Part shown: positions 12,011 through 24,780 of the stretch, piece after piece
Numbering within the stretch: the stretch's first letter is position 1
Layout: the number at the start of each line of letters is the position of its first letter
NCBI GenBank assembly: GCA_013239625.1
Contig: MU054187.1
Span: 22,199,280-22,263,279, forward strand
DNA: 64,000 nucleotides
From: Lama guanicoe
Taxonomy: Eukaryota
Direction of reading: 5' to 3'
Translations under genes and position numbers: made by a program
Notes under the pieces: generated by a model
Databases searched by the model: none
What the model was told of the DNA's origin: nothing
The model's input: only the letters and a program-made list of their open reading frames with translations

Positions 12011-14109
12011 ATTCAATCAAGTTTTCCTCTATAACCTCCTAAAACTTTTAATTCCACCATTAAACACACCTTGGGGTCAAGAAAATTATTAATCTTTACC
12101 TTGCCACTCTGAAAATGCAAATCTCTACCCAAAATGTGTCAGTTGATAACTTTGCTATGAGTTAGGTGGTAGCTAGCTGTGAATCCAATGCAAACTGGAG
12201 ACAGGCTTCAAGGTAGGAATAGAAACAGGGATTAGGGCAGCAGGAGATGCCAGAGATAAATTTTGAATTTTTGCTGCTTTAGTGATGACCACACTCACCC
12301 TGTCTCATATGGATATACTAATTAGGTTGCCTATTTTCAATAACTGATTAATTATCTTTCGTTCTTTCTTGGTTTCACTTCTAGCTGGTCTCACCCAAGC
12401 TCTGGAGTTGAAACTTCCACTTAAACATTACCATCCCCTTTTGAGTACTGAGGATGCCCACTCTCTGTTGCAGGGAGCTGAAATGTGTCCTGAACCACTG
12501 AGACAGTCCACAGTTTCTGGAATCAATAGGGATCATTCAAGTCTCTGGTGGCAGGGAGATACATGGTGACCTCCTCCAGGCAGCAAGCTGTTCTCTCAGG
12601 AGTCTGCCAGCCTTGTTCAGCACCCGTGGTCCCCCACAGTGTCCGCTGCACCAGCTCCTTATGCGGGCTCCAGCCAGGTCCCATTCTCTCCTCTCCCCTC
12701 TGTCCAATCTCCTGTAAGGCGAGTTCCTGATTCCTGCTCCCCATCTATAAGTCCTTCTTCTTCCTAGAAACCCTGCTTCTGATCTCAAAGGATGGGAGGA
12801 CAGTGTGGGTGGAGCAATTGGTTCTTCCATTTCTTTCCAAATCTACTGTTAATTCATACGATGGATGTGTTTACTTCACATCCTTCTTCCAGATAATTAT
12901 CAAAAGTGTGACTTGGATAATTTAAAAAATAGTAATAAGGATGGACGAACTATTAATCTTTTCTTCCCAGTAAAACAATCTTACTTCTTGAATGAATGTG
13001 GAAGAAAGGTCACCCATAAACAAGTGGGGGAAAGGAAGAGTACAAACATTAATATTTCAAGATATTGTCTTACCACATGTATTTAAATAATTTATATGTA
13101 CTTGCAATCCCTTAATATTAATGTACTCAAAAACATTTTTAATGGAATCTAGTAAAATATTTCCAAGTCTTAGAAATATCTGCTCTATAACAGTAGGATT
13201 TACCCATCAAGATACGTCTTTTGATGCCAGAGAGCCTACTTATCTGTGATTAAACAGAAAGATTACTTTGCAACCCTTTAAGAAGACAAAAAATTGAATA
13301 CTTTTTTAACATGGATAAAATCATTATCCAAAACCATTTACCAAATAAGTGTATCATGGTGCTATTTTGAGCAAGGGGAGTGAACATAGGCTGAACCTGC
13401 ATGAGGCCCTGGACCACTTCAAGACCATCACTTCCCTTTGATGGGAATGTTTTTGATCCCTCAACAAAGCAAGACACTTGGCAGAGAACAGAGAAGAGCC
13501 ATTCTGTGTAAAGAAAGAGCCTGCTGTTCAAGAAAAACTGTGAGACTTATAACCAACTTGTTTCAAAGTGTTCAGAAGGGAGTGCAGCCCCCCATGTGCC
13601 CCCCGACAAGTGAAGGGCTTTCCTCTGCCCAGGAGATCTGGTACTTCGCTGAGACCACACTGACAAAGGTCTGCACAGCCTGGAAACCCATCAAGGGAGT
13701 CATGCCAGCAGATTCGATTGGAGGGGTCAGTGGAGTGGCAATTTCATCTAAAAATGCACCCTCACCCGCACATTTGAAGGTTTCAGAGACCGTTCATTCA
13801 TCAAGTGCTATCTCGATGATCAGTTCCACCAGAAGCCAGCAGGAAATAGATCTTTCCCTTTACAGAGTAACCATCCCTTCTTGTTTCAAAAGCACATCAG
13901 CTCTATATCCGTTTACAGCCAGGTGCCTTTATTTTCACTCGGCGTACCTGAGCTTGTCTTATCTCTCAGGGGCCAAGAGGACATTCACAGTCTAGGAATC
14001 ATACCTGATACTCCTGATATATTTATTTTTTCCTGAAATAATTAAATGCCAATATAACAAGCTTAATCAATACACTTGGCAGCCATGACATCTTTGATTT
14101 ATTTTTCCC

Positions 14110-14300
14110 TTTTTTTTAAATTGAAGTATAGTTGATTTACAATGTTGTGTTAGTTTCTGGTGTACAGCATAGTGATTCAGATATACATGTGTATATTCTT
14201 TTTCATATTCTTTTCCCTGACAGTTTGTTACAAGTTATTGAATATAATTCCCTGTGCTATTCAGTAGAAACTTGTTGTTTATCTATTCTGTATACAGTAG
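14110..14300 (-). mobile_element. 5'-truncated L1 3' end (Cetartiodactyla type)
   Basis: Poly-T then ATTGAAGTATAGTTGATTTACAATGTTGTGTTAGTTTCTGGTGTACAGCA. Confidence 0.85.
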
Positions 14301-14358
14301 TTTTCTTTTTTTTCACTTTTTTGGAAAGCATCTAGATCTCCTTGAGATTCTAACGAGC

Positions 14359-14445
14359 GAAGAAGAAGAAGAAGAAGAAGAAGAAGAAGAAGAAGAAGAA
14401 GAAGAAGAAGAAGAAGAAGAAGAAGAAGAAGAAGAAGAAGAAGAA
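14359..14445 (+). repeat. Perfect (GAA)29 microsatellite
   Basis: Read directly; corresponds to 29 Glu codons in the ORF track. Confidence 0.97.
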
Positions 14446-14790
14446 GACAAATGAACTTAAATATAAAACAGAAACTGACTCATAGACATAGAATACAAAC
14501 TTGTGGTTCAGGGTGAGGGGGAGGAGGGACAGGCTGGGAGTTCAAAATTTGTAGATACTGACAGGCATATATAGAATAGATAAACAAGTTTACACTGTAT
14601 AGCACAGGGCAATATATATAAGACCTTCTGGTAGCTCATGGTGAAAAAGAATATAACAATGAATATATGTATGTTCATGTATGACTGAAAAATTGTGCTC
14701 TGCACTGGAAATTGACACTACATTGTAAACTGACTATAACTCGATAAAATAAAATTTAAAAAAAATAAACCAGAAAAATAAATAAATAAA
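14446..14790 (+). mobile_element. L1 3'UTR with A-rich tail
   Basis: GACAAATGAACTT...ACAGAAACTGACTCATAGACATAGAA...CATTGTAAACTGACTATAACTC followed by an A-rich tail. Confidence 0.85.
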
Positions 14791-14823
14791 TAGTATGTAA
14801 ATGATTATATTTATATGACATTC

Positions 14824-15304
14824 TGAGACAGGCTGGGATCTGGGACCTGGGACCCGGGACCCTTTATTGGAGTCCTTGCATTTGCGTGTAGACGACGGTT
14901 TCCTCAAGCAACAGAATACAAAGAAACTCTAAGGGACTAAAAATAACTGCATACATGTTCAGCTGGGGCAAAATATGAACAATAAGATACAAAAAGGCCA
15001 AAACCCAACTGCCACTTCTGAGGTGCCAGAAGCAAAAGCTGGGTACCGCACATGATCCCTGCCCACAGCACCACCAAGGAGGTGGACGGACCCCCTGAGC
15101 CACCTCTCCAGCCCAACCCACGGGCCTGCCCCCACCTGCACCCCATGTAAGGAACCAGCTCAATGCTTTGGGGAGCGAGCAAGAGCATCTGTCACTTGTT
15201 TTCACTCCCTCATGCTGTAGCATGAGTCCCAATAAAGCCTCGCCTAAATTTCTTGTCTGGCCTCTGGTCAGTTTCTATTGATTAAAGAACCTGGGTTGAT
15301 AACA
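14824..15304 (+). mobile_element. ERV1-class solo LTR nested in an old L1
   Basis: TG...CA termini, perfect TSD ATTC on both sides, AATAAA at 15231. Confidence 0.9.
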
Positions 15305-15510
15305 ATTCTGGAACAGGCAAAATTATAGGAGCCAAAACCAGGTCAGTGGTTGCCAGGGATTAAGTGTGGAGAGAGGGTGACTACACACACAGCAGGATGG
15401 AAGGTTGAGGGGTGTGGAGATGTCTGTTCTGTATCTTGACCTCAGTGATAGTCACAGGATTTTAGACATTTGTTAAAACTCATGGAACTGTGCACCCCAA
15501 AAGCAAAGTT
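15305..15510 (+). mobile_element. Old L1M 3' end, continuing from about 14792-14823
   Basis: ATTCTGGAACAGGCAAAATTATAG...CAGTGGTTGCCAGGG...TTTGTTAAAACTCATGGAACTGTGCAC. Confidence 0.7.
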
Positions 15511-17399
15511 TTTTTTTAAAGCACACTGAGTCCTATTAAATTGGTTTCTGCAAGTGATGGAGTTTGGAGAAAAAATCGTTGAAATGACAGATTTTCGACT
15601 CCTATTTTTCTCTTGACATTGAGGGAAATTATTTGCTTCTGTATTATTATAATTAGAACCATCTTAATCATCTTCTTAAATGATGAATTATGAGGATTTT
15701 ATGGCGCACAAGTAGCAACATAAGTACAACCACAGCCAGGTCCAATGTAAACAGGACCCCTTAAACATTATTCCAAACCCCATTAAACCTTTTCTATCTT
15801 CCTCTTCCTGGACAGACCCTTCTCAGCTAAAACGGTTTTATTTTAAAAATATATATTTTTTCATCATGAAACACTTGGTGTTTCCCAAGAAGCCAAACAC
15901 CCACCCCATCCGTGGAAACAAATTAATCGCTTTCCCATATCAGATTGTTTACTGGTAAAACTCGACCATCTTTGGCATTCTTATTCACATCTGTGTCTCC
16001 AGAATCGCTTCAGCCTGCTAGCATGTTAATAGCCAAAGACCTTTTCTCTTGGGTAGAAACTGCAAATTTGCTAGTTAATTAGCTAATTTGTTTCCATGCT
16101 TTGTGAACAGTGCTCATTTGTCCTTCCTTTTTCCTCAGATTCATGCTGCTTGATTCTCTTCCAATTTGTGTGTCTTCCATCTCCCCCAAACCCCAAATGA
16201 GGTGCCTATGGTCAGTTCATTTCCTATAGATTCTTTTCTAAAGGCCTCTCTGACTGAAGTAATAATACTTTTTTTTAAAATAAGGTAAGTTTCCAGTTGG
16301 CATGTGAAGACAAGCAATGCTAACTAAGATCAATTTGGGGTGTTATCTTTCAGCCAATTAAAAGGAGCATTTGCTAGTCCTAAGCCAGGTCCTACAGGAA
16401 TATTCCTTGCAGCTCTCCTGTTTAGTCAATAGAAGCAAAATACTTAAAGATTCCCCAATTATTGTTCCTCCTGGTCTCATCTGGGCTCATTTGGCAGCCC
16501 ATTAAAGAAATAATTTCACGGTGAGATTTATAATAGCAGAAATAGTTCAGTAGCTTTTTACATTCTTTAAACCGTAATTTTCCCTTGCACTTTCCCCCTG
16601 AAAACTGCTTAAGCTCTAAGTGAATATTTAGAGCCCTATTCTTAACACAAGCAGCAGAGTAACTGACCTATTAAGAGAGAAAACGGTTTGGCTGGAAAAC
16701 AATAGGGTTATTTTGGTTTGGGTTAATAATTGCAGGAACTTAAAAGCTATTTGTGGAAACAAATGACTTGAAGCATCGCTAAAACATCGGGGAGACTAAT
16801 TTGTGTTCCACAAACCTGTATTCTTTCCTCCAACTTCAGGGCTGTGATTACATCTCTCCCTGGCCTCGGAGTGCGTCACTGTAGTCTTGACTACAAGGGA
16901 GCCATTGATTGGAAACACAAAGAGGTCTCGGGGACAGTCCCTGAACAACAGACGCCCTGCGCCTGCTTTCAATCTCTCCTGGACCTGGACAAATCAGAAC
17001 CTTGCCAAATGCTTTATGCTACTTGAAACTCAATCTGACAAAGAGTCCCTCATAGCAAATAATTCTGTCAACTTTAGAGTATGGGTTGTTTACCAAAAGT
17101 ATCAACTTGTAAAGACCTCCTACAATGATTTCTGCACACATGTATTCTTTTTGTTGCATGGCATGACCTGCAGATTAGAGGATATTTAACTAAGCTTCAA
17201 AGCTCCTTGACATTTTTAGTAAATTTTTTGGACTGCGATTACATTCTCTGGCTGTGAAAGAATACAGCCCTCACTGATTTCTTACCACGGGTAATAAAGA
17301 AAAGTATCTGGACATGCGCTTACATAATTAAATAGTGAGAAATATATGGGAAAGACAGAAGATTGAAAAGCAGGCATGATCTCCCACCATGTTTCTGAT

Positions 17400-17543
17400 A
17401 TTTTGGGGGTGGTGGTAATTAGTTTTACTTATTTATTTTTTAATTAACTTTTTTTTTTTTTTTTAGTGGAGGTACTGGGGCTTGAACCCAGGACCTTGTG
17501 CATGCTAAGCACATGCTGTACCACTGAGCTATATCCTCCACCC
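17400..17543 (-). mobile_element. tRNA-derived SINE (Vic-1-like)
   Basis: TGGAGGTACTGGGGCTTGAACCCAGGACC...ACCACTGAGCTATATCCTCC. Confidence 0.88.
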
Positions 17544-18054
17544 TGAATTTTTTTGATTGGTCATGCACTGGATTTTTTCATTTTGTATTTATTCTTATTA
17601 AATCAAAGAAATTAAAGTCAAGGAAAAAAAGTCAAATAAAGGAGAAACTGTGGGTATATTACTGGTATCTAAATTTCACTCAATGAGCAGACCCACAGCC
17701 AGGAATAAAAACCTCTGCCTGTAACCTCGGGACCTCACTGGCTCAGGCAGAACTGATAAATAAATAGATGAGTGTTATTGTTCTATTTTCATTTCAAAAC
17801 GTTATTTCCCAGAGTCGTCAGAAATTTAATTCTAAATATTCAATATAATAGTAGATTGCTATAAACTAATACTTTCTCATCAATAAATACAATTGTGCTT
17901 TATTTAATTTAATTTAGAAAAGCAATTATTACCAAGCAAACTTTACAGAAAATAAAAACACAACATTATCATTTGGAGGATTCACAAGAGCTAAATTACT
18001 TGTTTCCCTTCCTGACATTTGTCCTGACAATACGTTCTAGTTAGCAGCAAATAT

Positions 18055-19045
18055 TTTTTTCATATATATTTTTTTTATTGAAGTATAGTCAGTTAACAGT
18101 ATTGTGTCAATTTCTGGCATACAGCATAATGCTTCAGTCATACATGAATATACATATATTCATTTTCATATTCTTTCTCATCATAGGTTACTGCAAGATG
18201 TTGAGTATAGTTCCCTGTGGTATTTATCATGAACTTATTGTTAATCTATTTTGTATATATTAGTTAGTATCTGCAAATCTCAAATTCCCAATTTATTCCT
18301 TCCCACCCCATTTCCCCCCTGGTAACCATAGATTTTGTCTCTGTGTTTGTAAGTCTGTTTCTGTTTTGTAAGTAAGTTCATTTGTGTCTGTTTTTTAGAT
18401 TCCACCTGTAAGTGATATCATACGGTATTTTTCTTTCTCTTTCCAGCCCACTTAGAATGACAATCTCTAGGTCCATCCATGTTGCTGCAAATGGCATTAT
18501 TTTATTCTTTTTATGGCTGAGTAGTATTTCATTGTATAAATTTACCACAACTTCTTTATCCAGTCATCTGTTGATGGATATTTAGGCTGTTTCCATGTCT
18601 TGGCTACTGTAAATAGTGCTGCTATGAACATTGGGGTGCATGTATCTTTTTGAATGAAGGTTACCTCTGGATATATGCCCAGGAGTGGGATTGCTGGATC
18701 ATATGGTAAGTCTATTTTTAGTCTTTTGAGGAATCTCCATACTGTTTTCCATAACAACTGCACCAAACTACATTCCCACCAGCAGTGCAGGAGGGACCCT
18801 TTTCCCCACAGCCTCTCCAGCATTTATCATTTGTGAACTTTTGAATGATGGCCATTCTGACTAGTGTGAGGTGATACCTCTTTGTAGTCTTGATTTGCAT
18901 TTCTCTGGTAACTAGTGATATGGAGCATTTTTTCATGTCCCTATTGGCCATTTGTATGTCTTCATTGGAGAATTGCTTGTTTAGGTCTTCTGCCCATTTT
19001 TGGATTGGGTTGTTTGTTTTTTTCTTATTAAGTTGTATGACCTGT
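18055..19045 (-). mobile_element. 5'-truncated L1 with ORF2 C-terminus and 3'UTR
   Basis: ORF2 peptides [47 protein letters not shown]; frameshifted. Confidence 0.95.
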
Positions 19046-19443
19046 CAAACTTCTTCCTAAATAATATCATTTAATGAGTCTCAAAGAGCAGAAAATCAAA
19101 TCATTTACACCAAATAGGCTTTGAATAGTAAGACAAAGCTTATTTTATAAGCTCTTCATCTCAAAATGTGTCTGTAATCAGCATGGGAGCCTGGTTATAT
19201 TGCCAACCTGTCACTTTAAGCAGGACTATCTGCTTCCATGACACTATAATTAAAACTTTTCTACATTCCAAATTGCCTACTGGAGGTCTCCGACAGAACT
19301 AACATCTTCTTCAGCTAAAAACCATATTCATAGATCTAAATGTGTAGCCATTTTTTCATATTTACTCCTTCTTGACCTCAGGGCTGTATAGAAGTAAATG
19401 TAACCTTACTGTATCATGAAGTAGCTGTTCTTTATTAAATTTT

Positions 19444-19557
19444 ATATATCATATATATATATAGTATAAATATGTATGTATGTATATATAATCAGCATAG
19501 ATGTACACACATACACATATATACAGATACATACACACATATATATGCACACATATA
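19444..19557. repeat. (TA)/(CA)-rich degenerate microsatellite
   Basis: Read directly from the sequence. Confidence 0.8.
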
Positions 19558-19859
19558 ATTTAATTTCCTCAACAAATCTATTGTGTAGGAATCAACCATT
19601 ATCCTGATGTGAAAACTAAGACTTAGTAAACCGTGGATCTGAGCCCAAAATCCAGGTAGATTAGCTTCAAAATCTAGGCTTTCACTTTCCTTCAGGGCTT
19701 CTCACTATGCTTTGTTACAGGTTCAGTGATGTTCTTGGGTCTGGGGAGGGTTTAAAAGAAGTACACAGAATTATCAATATCTTGAAGAAGTTTTAAACTT
19801 TGTTTTGCTAGCAAGACAAATCTAATGGCACCATAGTAAAGAATTACAATATCTAAAAG

Positions 19860-20050
19860 CTTTTGGATGCTTTACATTAGGCACTGTTTTAAATTCTTTA
19901 TATGTAATTATTCATTTAATCCTTACAACAACCAATCGGGTAGTAGTAATTATTCGCATTTTACAGATGAACGCCAAATGGTTAGTCAGCGGTCAAACTG
20001 GGATTTGAACCCAAGCAGCCTGATTCCAAAGCTGATAGTCTTATCCACTA
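19860..20050 (-). mobile_element. MIR SINE
   Basis: TCATTTAATCCTTACAACAACC...CATTTTACAGATGA...CTGGGATTTGAACCCA. Confidence 0.75.
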
Positions 20051-20130
20051 TGGGCAGAAAGGCCTTTGGAGGATGAATTTGGAAAAGAAGATCTAATAGG
20101 TCAGAAAAGGATTCCCTGCCCAGCAAAGAC

Positions 20131-20697
20131 TGTTAGGTGGTTAGATAAGTGGGGGCGCCGGGCAGATAAGATGCAGGAGGCGGAGGATGGTCCGGAAGAT
20201 GGTGATCTGCCTGCCTTCAGCATGAAGGGGATTTACTTGTTCTAAATACATGCTGGGAAGAAACCAGTTAGAACTCGAAAGCCACAACTGGGCAGTAGTG
20301 ACAAGGACCTAAGCGCACAAGACCCAATGCTCTTTGTAATATAATTGGCATTGTGGTTTAGGACCACCCCCTCCCACCGTAGGTTTTTCTGTGTGCGTCA
20401 TGGGTAAGAACATGTGCAAAAGAGGAAGAACAAAACTAAGCACTCCAGTCCAGGGGCAAGAGCTGTCAATCAATCAAGAGACCAACTCTAAGTGAGGGTG
20501 TAAGAGAAGGGGGCAAACAGAGACCATTGCCATCCGCCCTTGGATCAGCCCGCCTCCCATTCTTGGAGCTGTACTTCCCCTTTGCTAATAAAACCTTTAA
20601 AATCTTTCTCTATGCAATGCTTTCATCTCCCAACTGAATTCTTCTCTTTTGGGGAAGACAAGAACTGGAGTCTTTCCCTTTCCCTTTTGGGGTAACA
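20131..20697 (+). mobile_element. ERV1-class solo LTR
   Basis: TGTTAG...GGTAACA termini, AATAAA at about 20587, near-TSD AGAC/AGAG. Confidence 0.85.
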
Positions 20698-21029
20698 AGA
20701 GAACTTGATTATGATAAGAATTAGGTCCCCCACTACCCATTCCTTAGCATCGGAGGGAACTGGGGGACACAGGCATATCCAAGGAGTCTCTGCAGAGAAG
20801 ATAAATAGTTTTGGTTCTTCTTTTCCTAGAAGACAGATAGTGGTCCAGGGAAGAGGCACAAGAGTTTCCTGGCCACCCTCTGAGTGTAGGCAAGATAGTC
20901 TCAAGAAAGTCAGGAGGCTGAGGATGGGAGGAAAGGCACCCTGGAGTTCCCGTGTCAGCTGGGAAATGCTACTACTAAGTGGTGTTCATGAATGGGATTT
21001 GGAGAAGATTGTGTCCATCTTCCTGAGTC

Positions 21030-21122
21030 ATTGTGAGTATTAAATGAGTTATTGTACGTCAAGTGTTTATAACAGGACCTGGCACACAGTAAGCTCTCTA
21101 TCAGTGTTTGTTCAATAAAAAT
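21030..21122 (+). mobile_element. MIR 3' fragment
   Basis: GTGAGTATTAAATGAGTTA...CCTGGCACACAGTAAGCTCTC. Confidence 0.7.
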
Positions 21123-21631
21123 AAGTAGATATCTGTGCTCCGAACACAGGTTCAGAGTCTCAAGCCCATCATGTTTCTCCTTCCCCACACTCATTGCCTC
21201 ATTTAACGCTTAAGATTTCTCACGTGCATCACTGAAACGGCTTTAGTCTGGCTCCTGCCTTCATGGAGAGTCGGCAGGGTACCGTAAATGAGGGGAGGCG
21301 GGGCAAACACTTCCAAAACTAAACAAAAATGCCGTGAAGTAAATCCTAACCATGGAGTGGGTATCACAGGCAGTAAACGCTCCGAGATCAGAGGAGGCTG
21401 AAATCTCCGTGGGCAAAGTTGGGATGAATGCATAGAGGATGGAAGAAAGGCTAGAATGAGACCTGGGAAGGCAGTGGAGGGGACATTTCAGAAGACAGAA
21501 CCAGTGTAGAGAAGATTCAGAAGCTGGAAGCCCACAGTGAGTCCGGAAACCATTATGTCCCTCTAGGTTTCTAGTTCATGGAACTGCTGCCTCTCACATC
21601 CTTAGTTCGGGTCAGAAAACGTGCGCTAATG

Positions 21632-21722
21632 TGTCAAGGAGATGAGCACTCTGTCTCCCGTCTGTAATCTTGTCTTCCGGGTCAGACAAAGGACTGGGGT
21701 CTTTTCCTTTTGGGGGGTAACA
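21632..21722 (+). mobile_element. Short LTR 3' (U5) remnant related to 20131-20697
   Basis: AGACAAAGGACTGGGGTCTTTTCCTTTTGGGGGGTAACA resembles the end of the 20131 LTR. Confidence 0.5.
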
Positions 21723-22264
21723 TTACCAGTCATTTCTTGTAAAGGTCTTCTCTTATGGCCTTTCTTGTCCACAGCCTTCACTTGCCTAACTACAGCTTTT
21801 CTTTGAATCCTCTAAGGATTTTCCCGTGATTCTCCATTTACGTGCACATCAGCTCATTTCATTCTTTCACTATCCTGACGACAAGAGTAGAGATTGCTCC
21901 AAAGTTACTGCAGTCTCTCTGCTTCACAGTCACCAAAAAATGGGACTTTCAATGCTCCTAACTGTCACAAAAACAACTGAGACAAAACTACTTGCATTCA
22001 GATTTATGGTCTCAGTGACTTCTGGGCCTCAGGGTGACAGAGGAGCAGAGTAGCCATTGTTCATCAGCCACTGGAATTGCACCGTGTGGAGCCTGGGAAG
22101 GAATATTTAATAAGGTCCCAGAAAACAAGCCTCATTTCTAACTTGAGTGAACTCCTAATGAGGTAGCACCCCAGTTGAACAATGACTGATTCAAGCTCCA
22201 GGCATAGGGGGCAGGATTCGGATGTGCACTAAAGACATCTTCAATAATAGCTGGACCTTTTGTT

Positions 22265-22498
22265 AGCTATTATTTATGGGGGGTTTCCCTGTGCTGGAGG
22301 GACTGGGCTCAGTGCTTTACAAGCATTATTTCAATCCTTCTGCAGCGACACGAGGTGAGTAACATTATTTTCATACCCTTTCACAGATGAGGAAACTTGA
22401 GTTTTTAAGGAGTTAGTATGTTCCGCAAGGTGGAGCTGCGATTCAAACCCAGAAAACCTGAAGCCAAATTATTTGCGCTGAACCACCATGCTATACCA
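22265..22498 (-). mobile_element. MIR SINE
   Basis: AGTGCTTTACAAGCATTATTTCAATCC...TTTCACAGATGAGGAAACT...GATTCAAACCCAG. Confidence 0.7.
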
Positions 22499-22856
22499 CC
22501 CCCTGCCTCTTTCTAGAAGGACTCCACTGAGGACTCAGAAAGTTTGCTGTTACACTTAAAACCCTCTTAATTACTCACGCTGAAGAATTTCCTTACAGTG
22601 TCTTCCAGTGTGAGAACCTCAGAAGGAAAGAGTCCACCAGCAATGTGCCAGATGAAGTGGGCCTCCCAGGGAGGCGTTAATCACCATGCTGGTTTTAAAT
22701 GGCCAAAGTAAACTGCTTTCCCATTGTCATCCTGAAAGATACCTCAGACATTTCTCAGTCTAGCGTCCAGGATTCCTCACAATCCAGCCACAGCCTGGCC
22801 TCCCAACCACAGCTCTCGCTACCCACCGCCTGCCTTCACCCCGTCCCCACTCCACT

Positions 22857-23376
22857 TGTAATGGGGAAGGACAAGTCTGACTCCATGTCAGACCTGTGCC
22901 TTTGGCTCTAACCCTGTGCCCTGTTTCCGGGGCTCGGTCCTGCCGCTTCTGCACCTTTTGTAAAAGAATGTTGCCTGCAGCCTGAGACAGACAGGAGAGC
23001 CCATTCTCAAGGCTCTGGCCTTTAAGGGTGTAACACTTTCCCATTCACATAAAGAATAAAAGTTGCAGAATGAAAAATAACATTTGTCTTGTTAGAGGTT
23101 TACAGGGACACCATGGCCCCACCTACGTGGATGGCTCCAAGAACAAAGGATTCCAACACCAAGAAGTTTGCAAGCAACCAACCACACCCCCTCCTCTTTC
23201 TGGTATAAAATTAGCCTGAATTCTGACTTGGGGAAGATGGTTCTCCAGGACATTAGTCTGCCATCTTCTCAGTCTGCTGGCTTTCCAAATAAAGTCGCTA
23301 TTCCTGCCCCAACACCTTATCCCCCAATTTACTGGCCTGTCATGCAGCGAGCAGAGCAAGTTTGGACTCGGTAACA
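22857..23376 (+). mobile_element. ERV1-class solo LTR
   Basis: TGTAA...GGTAACA termini, TATAAAA at about 23204, AATAAA at about 23288; collinear with 6003-6538. Confidence 0.88.
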
Positions 23377-24399
23377 ACGTCACTTTGATTTCCAGACCAG
23401 CTGTGATCCCTACTGCCTTCGTGTCCTTACGTGCACATTGCTTCTTCCTGGAATTCCCTGCCTTCTTTTTGCCAAGTTGTAAGTCCCAGCTTGTCTTCTG
23501 AGAACTTGTTTGGTGTCACCTCCTCTGTTAAGCCTTGTTGCAGACTCTCCAAGGAAGAATCAATCACTCCTTGGTACTATCATTTATTTCTATTAAAGTC
23601 ACAAGTATTGCTCTTTTTTTCTCTGTTATGACTGTCTGTTCAGTTGTCTCTTGGCCCAAAAGCTTGTCGGTAAATACTGGCACTACTGCAAGTCGGGTGG
23701 CGGAGAACCGTGGCCGTGGTTGCCGAGTTCTGCCTGTCACCTTCCCTCTGCCAGCCTGTGTCTCTCTGCCCTTCGTGCTCACGAAACACAAAGTCTCATA
23801 TCCACACGCTAACAGATGCCTTTTTTCCCTGTCTTGGGTCCAACCAATCTATGACCTTTCAACTTCAAGTTCATGACCAACCTTCCTATGTCTGAACATT
23901 TATAACTTAGTAATTAGGATGCAGATACCCAGCGGAGATGCCCCGTGTGTTAGAGGAGCAGCAATCAAAGTGGAAGGAAGGTTCGTAAAGGGAACTGGCT
24001 CCTCTTAGGCCTTTGAATAATTCCCCTGCCTCAAAACAAAAGTAACCTGCCCGGATGCCACTCGGAGACCCACTGGGCTCACTCCACACAGACCCGTGTG
24101 GGACTTATTCACCCTCCCTCCACCCCAGCTCCTCGCTCCTCCCTTCCGGTCAGCATCTGTTTCTTCTGGTCTGCACGTTGTCTATTTCTCCCTGTCCGTC
24201 AGACTGAGGACCCAGCTTTGGTCCGTGGGTTCTGCCCCAGCTCATCTTTGCATGCTCAGCCTAACAAGTGCCCCTGTATGTGCTGCAGCTCAGCTGGGTA
24301 GCGAAAACCCACAGACCTACGCACTGTCCACTCCCTGGAATAACATCCTGGTAGGACCCACAGGACTGGCCGGTAAGGAGGTGACCAGAGAGGTCGCTA

Positions 24400-24780
24400 T
24401 GTGGCTGTGAAGGGCCTTGTCACGTGCCAAGGAGCTGCCTTGAGCCTTTGGGTTTGGGGCCACTGTCACTACAGGGGAACAGTGGGCTCAGGTCTGTGTC
24501 TGGGAAAGCTGCCTCCATAGATGTGAAAATGAACTTGAAGGGGACAAGCCTGAAGCCACGGAGACTGGTTAGAAGGTACTAAGTGACCCAGGTGAGACTG
24601 GTAAAGCCTGAGCCTGAGGAAGGAAGAGCACAGTACAACAGCGGGGTGAATTTGAGAGGCATTTTGGAGTTGGATTTGACATGCATTGGCAGGGGACAAT
24701 GAAGAAAGCATCCTGAAGATGGTTCCGAGGTCTGTAGCTTGAAAAGTTGAGAGGACTGTGATGCCATTAAGATGGCAGGA
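24400..24780 (+). mobile_element. Probable L2 fragment (strand uncertain)
   Basis: GAAGGGCCTTGT...GCCAAGGAG...GGAGACTGGTTAGAAGG...CCAGGTGAGA...TTTGAGAGGCATTTTGGAG resembles L2. Confidence 0.5.

Noticed and set aside
14254..14454. Poly-Glu protein
   Set aside because: It is the translation of the (GAA)29 repeat and L1 UTR.
6003..23376. LTR pair as the ends of one provirus
   Set aside because: The left LTR has its own perfect AATG TSD, the spacing is about 16 kb, and the interior is ordinary host DNA.
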